A stretch of 64,000 nucleotides of DNA, from NCBI RefSeq assembly GCF_009914755.1, contig NC_060936.1; one strand, 5' to 3'. Positions 18,288-39,313 of the stretch are shown one piece after another. Below the pieces are notes generated by a model. The model was not told the origin of the DNA. It did not search any database and saw nothing but the letters and a program-made list of their open reading frames with translations. The DNA is from the human T2T-CHM13v2.0 reference genome, Homo sapiens. The stretch's first letter is position 1, and the number at the start of each line of letters is the position of its first letter. The position numbers were made by a program, and so were the translations under genes.

Positions 18288-19103
18288 TGATGCTTTTCAA
18301 TTAGTTAAGCATAAACTGTGGGAAGACAGAGTTAAAGTCTTTGAGAACATAGCTGTTTTTATGTTTTCAATTTTTGCCAGTTTCCTTAGATTTCAAAGAT
18401 ATGTAGGGCCCATTGTTTCTATCCAATAAATAGTTATTATATCCATGAAGATAGTGTTATATGGTAGAAGGGGTACTACCCAATTTCAATCCTGTTCTGA
18501 TATTAATTAGCCACATGCCATGGGGCATATCAATTAACTTCTCTGACCTCATCTAATCGCATCTGTAAAATTGGGATTGTAAAGTTCTAACTGACTGAGG
18601 GCAGTGAGCTGGATTAAATAACTTCTTAAACTCTCTTAAGGTTCTAGGATCTATATGTCAACAATTTTGATAGCGATTTCTCACTCATTGTAACTCACTG
18701 ATGAGTTAGAATGAGTTAGAAGGCTAGAGGAAATGACTTGTAAATATATTCATCTGGATACACACCTGTGTTGTCTAATTTAGGAATGAGCCCACTAGCA
18801 GGAAGACAAAGGTAGTAATATTTGTACTGGGGGGAGATGAAGTCTTTCTAGCCCCCTTGAAGTCTAATATAGCCAACATTGCTTAAAGAATATTCCAGTC
18901 CCCTGACATTGCTTGTTGATATGTTTTACTATAATGAAACTGGTTAAAAACCAGTACATAGTTAGTGGACATGAAAGTAAGCAGAGAAGAAGAGATGAGT
19001 GGTCTCTAGCTGGCACATCAAGGACAGTCATTTAGGGCAAGGAACAGTTAAAAAGATTGGAATTCTTTGACTGCATCTTTACCCTGGATCAATTATTATC
19101 TTA

Positions 19104-19104
<1 letters not shown>

Positions 19105-19148
<44 letters not shown>
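19105..19148. repeat. (CA)22 microsatellite
   Basis: Direct reading. Confidence 0.95.
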
Positions 19149-19150
<2 letters not shown>

Positions 19151-19705
19151 AGATTACTCAGAGTTATTAAGAGTAAATAAAAAATTTATGCTGATATGTA
19201 GTCTTTACAAGAAATGTACCACTATAAATAGATGTCAGTCAAAATAATGCTGAGGATAGCCTTATTTACATTTTTGAAATGACAAGAGAAGCTACAAACT
19301 ATAGGTGAATATGCTAAATCAGCAAAAAGTTAGTTTTACCAAGATATGTAAGAAAGAATGCATTGATAGAAAAACAAAGACAATTCTTGTGTACAATTAA
19401 CAATAACATGCAAAACCAATTATCCACATTTAAAGCACTAGCAATGTATCTATTGAAGATTAAATGTTAGGTCAAGGTAAAAGTGAAGATTCACTGACAG
19501 GCAAATTAAAGATATACTCCCCTACATTGAGATGACTGTATAGACTCCACATTGATGTTAATAGTTATTCAAATACCTTTCCTCCCCAAACTTACTTTAA
19601 AATTTTAACTTAAAACCATGCAATTTGGCTGGGCGCAGTGGCTCACACCTATAATCCCAGCATTTTGGGAGGCCAAGGTGGGGGGATCACAAGGTCAGGA
19701 GTTCA

Positions 19706-20045
<340 letters not shown>

Positions 20046-20422
20046 TTATTAACTAAGAGGAAGATAAGATGTTATGAATAATTTCTGCAACAATCTGGGC
20101 ATTCCCTATGGACACCTACCCATTCATCAAGAAGGCCTATATAAATTATTTCTTTGATGCAGATTACAGATTGGCTATGAATAAGTACCTGATGAACAGA
20201 GATCATCACACTTTAGCTTGGTTGCCTTACTCTCTAAAGACTCATTCTACTACATCAGCGCATATACACTCTTATGTACGAGTGTTATGCAAAACTAAAC
20301 AAAATACCAAGTGTCACTTCCAGGAACTTACAAGAAGAAAAACCACAAAGATGTTGGAACAAGTGAAGTTTTTGTTGGCATTTTGATGCTATCTATACAT
20401 ATCATGATCCTGGTGCTAATAA

Positions 20423-20809
<387 letters not shown>

Positions 20810-22075
20810 TGATCCGCCTGCCTCGGCCTCCCAAAGTGCTGGGATTACAGGCGCGAGCCACCGCGCCCGGCCTGCTTTATTTTTATAATATAAAATCCCA
20901 GCACTTTGGAAGGCCGAGGTGGGTGGATCACTTGAGGCTGGGAGTTCGAGACCAGCCTGGCCAACATGGCAAAACCCCGTCTCTACTAAAAATACAAAAA
21001 TTAGCCGGACTTCGTGGTGCACACTTGTAATCCCAGCTACTCAGGAGGCTGAGGCAGAGAATTGCTTGAACCTGGGAGGCTGCAGTGAGCTGAGATGGTG
21101 CCACTGCACTCCAGCCTGGGCAACAGAGCGAGGCTGTCTCAAAAAAAAAAAAGGCAACATGACAATAACTAAACATGGGTCATAACTAGTTGGTCAGTTA
21201 TCTTTTTCATAAAAGGCTGTCCTGAATGGTTATCTTGGCCACCTAAAATCCAGATTAATACATATAAGGAATTAGGAATGCTAAACCACACTCACTAAGT
21301 GTCACCGTGGCATTTCTTTTCTTTTCTTTTCGAGAGAAGTTTTGCTCTTGCTGCCCAGGCTGGGATGCAATGGTGTCATCTCAGCTCACTGCAAACTCTG
21401 CCTTCTGGGTTCAAGTGATTCTTCTGCCACAGCCTCTTGAGCAGCTGGGATTACAGACATGCACCACCATCTCCAGCTAATTTTTGTATTTTTAGTAGAG
21501 ATGGGGTTTCTCCATGTTGGTCAGGCTGGTCTCAAACTCTCGACCTCAGGTGATCCACCTGCCTTGGCCTCCCAAAGTGCTGGAATTACAGGCGTGAGCC
21601 ACTGCTCCCAGCCCACTGTGGCATTTCTTTTGACGACAGGTTACATTAATCCATATACCACTCATTCACTCATAGGAAGTAGAACCATCACATTCAGGCT
21701 GGGCGCGGTAGCACTTTGGGAGGCTGAGGTGGGCAGATCACCTGAGGTCAGGAGTTCAAGACCAGCCTATCCAACATAGTGAAACCCCATCTCTACTAAA
21801 AATACAAAAAAAGTTAGCCGGGAATGGCAGCGGACACCTGTAATCCCAGCTACTCGGGGGCTAAGGCAGGAGAATTGCTTGAACCTAGGAGACAGAGGTT
21901 GCAGTGAGCCAAGATTGTGCCACTGCACCCCATCCTGGGCAATAGAATGAGACTCTGTTTCAAAAATAAATAAATAAAACCATCATATTCAGCTAAACCA
22001 CCTGACCTAAATAACCTATCTATTCATCAAATGTAGAGAATAACTGAGAAATAGGCTTTAATCAATTTTCATTAT

Positions 22076-22113
22076 TTGGAAGGCAGCTATGCTTACCACT
22101 ATACCACCAATGC
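22076..22113 (-). pseudogene. tRNA-Gly(TCC) 5'-half retrocopy (38 nt, ends just after the anticodon)
   Basis: Reverse complement GCATTGGTGGTATAGTGGTAAGCATAGCTGCCTTCCAA; differs from tRNA-Gly-TCC nt 1-38 essentially by one CpG transition; no T-arm or B-box. Confidence 0.85.
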
Positions 22114-22593
22114 CACCTTCCTTTTATTAAATAAATACTATGAACTAAGTTATTGACCACTAGGGTATAAAAACATCCTTACTTTTCTTCTTGAATTTAT
22201 AAAAATAAGTTTTTATTTTTGCCTTATCTAGTAGCAAACATAAAACTATCCTGACTTAAAAAGCCAACATTGTTCTTTCTCCTATTTTTTCTTTGGATCA
22301 CAAGTTCATATACAGTCAAGCAAGCACCCCAAAAACCCCAGAATTGAAAACAGGTGTATTCCCTTCAGAAAAATCAAAGCTAGAATGTTTAGCTATTAAA
22401 GTGTTTCTCTCCAGACTGAGATCAAGTGACTTCACTGCAGTGGCTCAAGAGTGGCTGACTCCCTCCTTCCAAATCAGCCCATCATAGAACACCTATTGCT
22501 AAATAGCAAAAGCCAGAGGCTTAGACTGGATCCCTCATAATTGGAGACTTCAAAGTGTTCAGAACTTCAAGCCTGGCCTTTGAAGTAAAATCT

Positions 22594-23466
<873 letters not shown>

Positions 23467-24292
23467 TGAAGTAAAAATCTTAATTTGAGGGTGACTAAAT
23501 GAGTGCTTCAAGACCACTTACCCCAAATCCACATTCTGCAAGACAGTTCAAGAAAAAAGGCAAAGTAGCCGTCTACCTCAAGGCTATGGGCTCCACAGTA
23601 CTTAGCACAGCTGTACCCAAATGTAAACACTTCCCATGGCGTGCTTCTTCCCTGTCTCCCAGGTTAGTCACAATGATGCCAAGGTGCTCTGTCATTGACA
23701 TTCTCATCCTTTAAGAATTTCAGGCTGGGTGTGGTGGCTCATGCCTGTAATTTCACCAGCTTGGGAGGCCAAGGCAGGAGGATCACTTGAGCCCAGGAGT
23801 TTAAGAACAGTCTGGGCAACATAGCGAAACGCTGTCTCCATAAAAAATTTTAAAAATTAGCTGAGAGTGGTGGTACACACCTGTGGCCCCAGCTATTTGG
23901 GAGGCTGAGGCAGAGGGGTCAAGGCTGCAGTGAGCCATAACTGTACCACTGTACTCCTCCAGCCTGGGCAACAGAGTTAAGACCCTATCTCCATAAAAAA
24001 ACAAAAAAAAAACAAAAAAAAAACGCATTTCAAACAATAACAGCAGTTTAATTCTTCCTTTGGAATCTAGGTAAAACTGGTCTTCTCTATAAAGTCTACT
24101 ATGTTCTGGTCTCATTTCAAAAAGTATAAACACACTGAAGTTAAAACGTGAAATATTAAGAATAAAAGATTCAAAAAGTAGCAGTTGGGGGATGAGTATT
24201 CCAAGGTTTGAGTATAAGATTGGCTGTGAGACTATACAGGTAGGTTGAGCTCAGACTATAGAATACCTGACAGAACTGTTAAAAATAATCTA

Positions 24293-24646
<354 letters not shown>

Positions 24647-25065
24647 TTACAAACAGCAATAAAACCAAGGGTGGCTGTGTTTTCCACTCCCTAAGCAGTC
24701 CATTAAGTGACAAATCAGGAAATTAAAAATGGCACACACAAAAAGCAATGAAACCTAGAAGCCCAGGTGAATCTTATGTCTCTTCCATCTTCTTGTTTTT
24801 AAGGGACAGGGATCTTACTGTGTTGCCCAGGCTGGAGTGCAGTGGCGATCATGGCTCACTGCAACCTCAAACTCTCATGCTCAAGCAATCTTCTGCCTCA
24901 GCCTCCTAAGTAGCTGGGACTATCAATGCATACTACCACACCTGGCTAATTTTTAAATTTTTAGTAGAGACGAGGTCTGGCTATGTTGCCCAGGCTGGTC
25001 TCAAACTCCTGGGCACAAGCAATCCTCCTGCCTTGGGCCTCCCTAAATTCTCATTACAGATGTAA

Positions 25066-25520
<455 letters not shown>

Positions 25521-27117
25521 TGACCCATATCTCACTAGATATTTATGAGAAAAAGTGTCTCACCATATCCTTACACATAATCAGCATTTTTGTCTGCTAC
25601 AGTCCCAGTCATTTCCTACCTTTGGCCAGTTTCAACATGCAGCAGCCTTTTGCACTGAATCTACATTGTGTGTACTGGCATGACATCAGCTGTCCTGTTC
25701 CTAGCAGGGTCTGGGAGGAGGAGACTTACAATGGTGCTTTGAGTCACAACAAAACCCCTTCCTCTCTATTTAGGATTTCTGACATTTTTTCCTTCCACTT
25801 AAAATTCTTCTTCCCATTTAAATAAAACAAATTTTTAAATTAAAACCATAAAGGGGAAAGAAGGAGTTGGCAGGACTAAAGGTCTAAAAACTTGAGAGGG
25901 AAGAGAGTTAAGAAACGTTATAAAACTGCTTTGTGGTTACATCTCTTGCCAACTGGTTTCACTGTTAAAGTAGAGCTAAAGCTCATGCACAGAGAAGTGT
26001 TGTAGCTTTACACATCGTCAGAAACTCGCACAACTTCAAACATGACCCGCAAACATTCAAGAACTTTTCTAATTCTAAGTAGAAAAGTGACTGGCACTGC
26101 AAGTCATGGGAAGGGATTGACAATATCACATCTAATATAACTGAAGACTACAGGATGAGTTATTTTTTATCTCAGAAAGAATGCTTAATATTATTATATT
26201 ACTTTCCAAACATAGGGACTTGGGCCAAATATTTAGCTTAAAAAAAATCCAGCTTTCCCATCTAGGTGGAATCTAGAGTAACAGATGGTTTTGCTCCCCA
26301 TCAGGTCTGTTTATTTCATTATAACGACTGTTGTAACGAACCATCCCCATGTACAAAGCCAGATATATAGGAAAGTATGAGAAAACTGGAAAAATTTACC
26401 AGCTCTGTGGCCTCTGGATTGTGTTATAAATCACCAGCATATGTAACTCATTTTCTAGTTAAGTAATTCCCTCTGGGGACGAGGTCTGCAATCCACATGA
26501 AGGATCAAATTTCATTAGCAGTTGTAGGAAAACGCAACCCTGTGCATTTGCAAGTCAAAACTCCCGAAAGCTATAGCTAGTCTGGCTATCTTCATTGATT
26601 TTGCCTGAGAGAGGATTTTAGCTGATAGAAAACATTTGTTGGAAGGCACAGATGAGGAAGTTGAGAAGAAGAGAAGGGATTCAGCTAGCAGAGACAAGTA
26701 AGCCTCAGTCTTAATGTTAAACTCCGGCCTTAACACTCAGTCTGCAGCTGTGTCCAAGCAGAGAGCTATTCAGCAGTAATTCCACCCCCAAAGCTACAAA
26801 TGATAAAGAACACAGGAAGACAATTTAAAAGGGCAAGTGTACAAAAACACATAATCCAATCGGTATTAAACTCTCTTCATTTCTAGATACCAATTTGAAT
26901 CCCAGTGTGAACCTGATTTAACATGAAATTGTGTCAGAGACTCACAAATCTTAGCATCTATGTAAATAATGCATTTGAGACTATTAACTTATCTAACTGG
27001 AATCAAAAGACATACTGACCACATATTCGCCTCTACTCAAAATAGCTAGATTGGAAAAACAGCTTTGTTTAGTGCTTGAATTGGCTTTCTCAAGTTTCAA
27101 ACCCGCCCAATTCTTAC

Positions 27118-27582
27118 CTTAGTTTGAGTTGGTTCACCTTTCTCAAACATCATCTTAAGCCTGTTCAGCGGAACATTATATTTCTCTATTTTGCCCGAAG
27201 CATCTGTGTTTTCACTGATTTCTGATTTTTCTACTTCATGCCTGGATTCTCCTAGACAATTTTCCATTTTTTTACTTTCTGTTGAGTGGTCTTTAAGATC
27301 CTCACCGTCCTTGATGTGGGGATATCGACCCTGAACGAGGGCTTCAGGAGGTGACCTGAGTCTAGATCTGGGGTGGATTTGTTCTTCTTGGTCAGCTTTG
27401 GCTCCAGAAGCAGCGTGGCTTGTCACTTCAGCAGGAGGATGGTCTGCTCTGTGCCTAATCTCAGTGCTGCTGTTCCGTAGAGAGTCTGTGTGAGACTCTG
27501 CTCCCAGCCCTGGGTTCTCCCACTTCTTCTTTAACACAGTCAGGGTCCCCTTTCTAAAGTGCTGGGAGAGATTTTCGGTGTT
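27118..27582 (-). CDS. LIMA1: LIMA1 exon 4 (NTENLSQHFRKG...EKGEPTQTK), 465 nt; contains EPLIN-alpha initiator Met161 (ATG at 27267, MENCLGESRHEV)
   Basis: ORF 27097..27537 in the track matches EPLIN; acceptor ttcttgttcttctag, donor GTAAGA; phase 0/0. Confidence 0.98.
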
Positions 27583-27796
27583 CTAGAAGAACAAGAAGTA
27601 GATGCCAGTTATAACTTGCCTGCTGAAACATTCAAACATGTTGTTCTTTGTAAAATGAAGGTTAAAACTCCAAGCTGCTCCTGGTCCACTGCTGTTTCAG
27701 ACAGCTGTGAACAGTTACAGCCTTGCCACATGGAGAAAGCATCCACCCGGCAGAGGGAGAGGGAGAGGGGAAGAGAGAAAAACTCAGGAGCTGAAG

Positions 27797-27832
27797 CAGG
27801 AAGTGATAAAACAGGATGGCCTTATAAGGACA
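27797..27832. promoter_or_regulatory. LIMA1: Serum response element of the internal EPLIN-alpha promoter: Ets motifs CAGGAAGTG (27797-27805) and CAGGATG (27812-27818) plus perfect CArG box CCTTATAAGG (27820-27829)
   Basis: CC(A/T)6GG palindrome about 240 bp upstream of exon 4; EPLIN-alpha is known to be driven by an SRF/MRTF-responsive promoter at the end of intron 3. Confidence 0.85.
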
Positions 27833-28362
27833 AAATGAGAAGAAAGGCAAACCCAGCTCTAATGATAGTTACATGCGAAACAAGAGATTTTTACCCAAAG
27901 ATTAATGGGGAAAAAAACAAGAAAGAAAAAGCAAAATACAAGTGCTTGAAACACTGTAACTACACATCAGCAAAGTTCATCATTACCTGCCATAAAATAA
28001 CATGGTAAATTCTGCTGGGTTTTTTTTTCTTCTTTTAAATAAGACAAAGATGCAGGATAGTTGCAGGATAGCTGAAACTATACCATTAATTACGGATAGT
28101 GGCAGCAAGGATTGAAACAATTTGTAGAACCCTGGAGAAGTCCCCAGACTTTCCAAGTATTTGCATAAATATTTAGTTATATCTGACATAATTTACATGC
28201 ATATGAGCAGTCAAATTTTATTTTTCATAAGAATTTAATCTTTTTTTTTTCCCTGCTCTTCTCTACAAGTTTATCTGTGTATAAATTCTCACTTATCAGG
28301 GCCAGGCACGGTGGCTCACGCCTGTAATCCCAGCACTTTGGGAGGCCGAGGCCGGCGGATCA

Positions 28363-28605
<243 letters not shown>

Positions 28606-28916
28606 TCAGTTATCAAGAAATTCACTGTTTTACAGATCCTCTGGTTGTAAAATATGCAGGCTTCAAATGCAAATACCACTACTTATCACTCAGATGATCA
28701 AAGGACACACATTTACATATCTAAGAGAGTTCACTTTCACTAGGGCCAAAAATGGAATTAATTTATACATGTAAGACAGACTGAAAACAACCTGGAAATT
28801 GTCACTGTTGTTCCATAATAGAGGAAACACGCTTGTTGAAAATTAAATGTCCCGGCTGGGCGCAGTGGCTCATGCCTGTAATCCCAGCACTTTGGGAGGC
28901 CGAGGCGGGTGGATCA

Positions 28917-29162
<246 letters not shown>

Positions 29163-29964
29163 TTAAATGTCCCGTACTTTGAAAGGACTGTACTCCTAAA
29201 TAAATTGAACAGCACCACCTTCCCAACAAACTGCAAACTCCAATACCTTCTCTCCTGTAGTCTGTGACTCACCAGTCTTTCAACTAAGAAAGAAAGGACA
29301 AACAACCTAGGAATTAAACAGGATTAGCAGCTATTTTGGGAATTAAGTCTCTCACCCTATTACTCTTCTGAATATACTCTTGAAAGCCACTTCATCAAGT
29401 AGAAATAAGGCTTGAAAAGAAATTATAGAACTGCTTGATTCTAGTGTTTAAATTTTAGCTTACAAAATGATCCATTGGGGGAAGAATGTATGCATCAGAG
29501 ATATAAGAAGCTTAAAAAGTTTTCTTGCTGGAAAAGAAGGAATTACAGAACAGCTCCAGAAGCTGGTTCTACCCTAACTGCCAGCAGCACTCTTGGCTCT
29601 GTAAGGTCTCGTGCCACACAATGGATGAGTCATCTAGGTCTCTGACTTCACCTGCCCTTACTGTAACCACACAGGAGCCCTGACAATCAAAGTGGCACTT
29701 TGCCTTGGTAACTGGACACTGTTTTTCTCAGATACCTATCATGTGATCAAAGTATACTTATTGACATGAAAAGATGCTCATAGGATACTTTTGAATGAAG
29801 AAAGCAAATTATAAGACAGCATGATCCTATTTTAATTTTTTTTTAGAGACGGGGTCTCGCTCTGTCACCCAGGCTGAAATGCAGTGGTGTAATCATAGCT
29901 CACTGCAGCTGTTTGACTTCCTGGGCTCAAGTGATCCTCCCACCTCAGCCTCCTGAGTAGCTAG

Positions 29965-30312
<348 letters not shown>

Positions 30313-30621
30313 TAAAATGTTCATAACATTATCTTATTTTTAATTTATTATTTTTCTCAATTAAAAAAGTAATAACTTATTGGGGGAAAAACTCTCAATC
30401 AATATAGAAATATGTACCCGACATGAATAGATGCTGTAATACATGCCATTTTCCCTACTTGACTCCCCACCTCTCCCAACCTAGATACCCAGTCCTGACA
30501 GTTTATATGGTATATATGTTGTCTTTTTTTCTATTTTGTACACTATATGTATTTTTTTGTACAAAATCATACTGTACTTACTGTTCTACACTTTGCATTT
30601 AATCACCTAATGTGCTTTTGA

Positions 30622-30813
<192 letters not shown>

Positions 30814-31082
30814 TAATTTTAGTGTTATTAGTAGAGACGGGGTTTCACCATGTTGGCCAGGCTGGTCCTGACCTCAGGTGATCTACCTGCCTTGGCCTCC
30901 CAAAGTGCTGGGATTATAGGTGTAAGCCACCACGCCTGGCCAAAATCTTAATAACCATATAGTATATTATACTGTATGTGCAATTACCATTCCCCCACTG
31001 ATGAATATATGTATTGCTCAAAATTATTTGCCAACTGTTTAGATTACAATTTATATCTCATTATTAATTTACATTTATCTGA

Positions 31083-31316
<234 letters not shown>

Positions 31317-31449
31317 TAAAATTTTTATAGAGAGGGTTCTCACTATGTTGCCCAGGCTCAAACTCCCAGGCTCAAGTGATCCTCCCACCTCGGCCTCCCA
31401 AAGTGTGGGGATCACAGGTGTGAGCTACCATGCCCACCCTCTTCTTTAA

Positions 31450-35560
<4,111 letters not shown>

Positions 35561-35643
35561 AAGGGAAGGAAGAAAGAAAGGAGCAAGTTGGGGGAAAAAC
35601 AGAGGCAAGAGGGAAGGAAGAAAAGAAACCAGCAGTTGAGTAA

Positions 35644-35856
<213 letters not shown>

Positions 35857-36763
35857 TAGTACAGATGGGGTTTCACCGTGTTAGCCAGGATGGTCTCGAT
35901 CTCTTGACCTCGTGATCTGCCCGCCTCGGTCTCCCAAAGTGCTGGGATTACAGGCGTGAGCCACCGCACCCGGCCAGTTTTTTCTTATAATGCACCAGAG
36001 GAGACCCATTTTTTAATTACAGGAAAATGAAGCCAAGGACCTTAGCCTTAGAACAAATTTACAGGAACATATTATGCACTAATTTAAATAGGTTAGCTAC
36101 TGAAAACTGCCAGGAGGATGTTTTTGTAATGCCATCCAAATTAAGGAATTATTGACCAAACATATGAGTTTTTTTCCTCACAAGATTAAATCAAGTAAAA
36201 TTTCAAAAGACATGTATTATTCAGCCTCACCGGAAGTTAGCAAGCACGGAGACTAGAGAACGGGTAGAAGCAGAGAGTTTATTCTGGAGGTTTTTGTCTT
36301 TGGTAGATCCTGCAGCTAGGAAACTTGCTAACTAGATTGGGTCAAGAAGTTTGCTTTAAACAAAAAACCCAGACGATGACAACAGCTGCACAGCTACTAC
36401 CATTTAAATGCACAGATGTAGAAGTTCTGATTGTCTGATTTGGAAAAAAGGAAGACCACCTAGGAAACCCTGTGTTCTCATTTGAGTAGAAGCCATTTTA
36501 CTAACCTCAGGCAAGCATTTGGCCTCTTGTCCTTCACTCAACACAGGAAAGAAAAAGTGGTTCAAAAGGAGAAAAGCAGTGAAAAAATAAGATTCCCTGC
36601 ACTAAGCCAAGTTGTCCTGAGCAAATGGCTCAGAGATCACACCAGCTGGCACAAATGTCCACTCAGCTGACATAGAACCCAAGCCCCACAGAGGCTGCAG
36701 GTGGCTTGGCCACACAATTCTGCTCAAGAAGTGCCACATGCCCTGGAATTTCTGAATACTTAC

Positions 36764-36809
36764 ACTTCTCTTCTTCTCCATGTTTGTTTCTTCAGCTGCT
36801 TTCTGGTAC
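36764..36809 (-). CDS. LIMA1: LIMA1 exon 3 ((K)YQKAAEETNMEKKRS), 46 nt
   Basis: Acceptor ctttccttcccttctctgaag, donor GTAAGT; completes the phase-2 codon of exon 2 (119+46=165 nt, 55 codons). Confidence 0.96.
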
Positions 36810-36885
36810 CTTCAGAGAAGGGAAGGAAAGAATGTCTCAAATTAAACTTATATTTTTACTCTTTCAATTTTTTATCTTTTTTTGA

Positions 36886-37167
<282 letters not shown>

Positions 37168-37886
37168 TGAGATAGGGTCTCACTCTGTTGCTCAGGCTGG
37201 AATCCAGTGGTACAACCATGGTTCATCATGGTTCACTGCAGCCTTGACCTCCCGGGCTCAAGCAAACCTCCTGTCTCAGCCTCCTGAGTGGCTGGGACTA
37301 TGTAAGTGCACACCACCACACCTGGCTTAATTTTTTTATTTTTGTAGAGATGGGGTCTTGCCATGTTGCCTAGGCTGGTCTCTAACTCCTGAGCTAAAGT
37401 GATCCTCATGCTTCAGCCTCCTAAAGTATTGAGATTACAGGCATGAGCCACCAGCCCGGCTACTTTCTTTTTTCTTTTTTTTTTTTTTGAGATGGGATTT
37501 CCCTCTGTTACCCAGGCTGAAGTTCAGTAGCGTGATCTTGTCACACTGCAACCTCCGCCTCCAGGGCTCAAGTGATCCCACCACCTCATCCTCCTGAGTA
37601 GCTGGGACCACAGATGCACACCACCACACCTGGCTAATTTTGTATTTTTCGTAGAGACAGGGTTTCACCATGTTGACCAGGCCAGTCTCAAACTCCTGAG
37701 TTTAAGTGATCTGCTGGCCTCAGCCTCCCCAAATGCTGGGATTACAGGCATGAGCCACCAGGCCCAGCCCCCCAGCCACTTTTAATCTTTAAGAAAACCA
37801 GTTCTGGGCTGGGTGAAGTGGCTCATGCCTGTAATCCCAGCACTTCAGAGGCCGAGGTGGGTGGATCGCCTGAGGTCAGGAGTTCA

Positions 37887-38060
<174 letters not shown>

Positions 38061-38264
38061 CTAGGTGACGGAGCGAGATTCAAAACAAACAAACCCAAAA
38101 AAACAGTCTGCATACCTATTTCTGCCAGCAGTTGCTTTTAATCAACTCTATCAGAAGAAGCTGTAAATCAGAGCAGACCTCACTTCCTGCAGCTATTCCA
38201 GTCATCTGCTCTGATATAACAACAAGATCCCCGTGGATAAGGTCAAATGCTGAAACAATTGGAT

Positions 38265-38450
38265 AGAGCAGAAAGTCTAGGCTTTAAGCCCCAGTTTTGC
38301 TGCTTATTAACTGTGATCTCTGGCAAGTGACTTAATCTCTCTAAGCCTCAGTTTCCTTATCTAGAAAGAAGTTACAATCTACTTTCAGGATTGCCAGGAA
38401 GATTAAATGTAATCATGTGTAAAAACATTTTGAAATTAGTTAAGTCCATA
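38265..38450. mobile_element. MIR (similar relics near 18450-18650, 54355-54580, 55840-56060, 58420-58600, 59520-59640)
   Basis: Core CTGTGATCTCTGGCAAGTGACTTAATCTCTCTAAGCCTCAGTTTCCTTATCT. Confidence 0.65.
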
Positions 38451-38644
38451 CAGCAATGCATTAATTCCAACATATACATTTCCCCTCCCATATTTATGCC
38501 TGATATCTTACAATTGTTCTCAGCCAAATGGTTGAGAGATAGTCACATTGCCTGTACATGTTGAATTTAGTGTAAGTTATTGATATTGTCATTTTAACTC
38601 AGTTAAAAGTATTTGATGGTACTACATGGTTTTGTTTTGTTTGA

Positions 38645-38752
<108 letters not shown>

Positions 38753-39242
38753 TAGCTAAGATTACAGGCATGTGCCACCATGCCCGGCTAATTTTTGTAT
38801 TTTTTACTAAAGACAGGGTTTCACCATGTTGGCCAGGCTGGTGTTGAACTCTTGACCTCATGTGATCCACCTGCCTCAGCCTTCCAAAGTGCTGGGATTA
38901 AAGGCTTGAGCCACAGCACACAGCTATTATTATATGTTTTAAATGCCACTTAAAAATGTCTTTTAAAAGATTATACTATGTTTGGCATTTAAGGAAAAAT
39001 TATTTTACATATGCACAAGAGTGATATGTGAGAAAAGTTTGTAATAAGCAGTGATTAGTTTAATCAGCATTTTTTCTTAGAGATGCAAAAATAGTGGCAC
39101 AGCTATAGTTGATGACATCTTAGATTTCATAAATAATTATTTGTTATTACTTTTATCATTTTGTCATTTTTATTACTTGGATTGGAAGACCTCTGAGAAA
39201 AAAATTAAAGTTCTTTTCAAGGAGGAACAGGTTTTCTCCATT

Positions 39243-39313
39243 TAAAGACTAAGTGGTCCGGAGATTTGTGCAGGTACAAGCTGCACAAATCTCCAGACCA
39301 CCCAGAACAACCT
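39243..39313 (-). ncRNA. MIR1293: pre-miR-1293 hairpin; mature UGGGUGGUCUGGAGAUUUGUGC at 39283-39304
   Basis: 21-bp arms 39253-39273 and 39281-39301 (one G-U pair), 7-nt loop; sequence recognised as miR-1293, intronic and co-oriented with LIMA1. Confidence 0.9.

Noticed and set aside
27559-28008. 149-aa plus-strand ORF over the alpha promoter
   Set aside because: Non-ATG start, low-complexity purine-rich content, no recognisable homology
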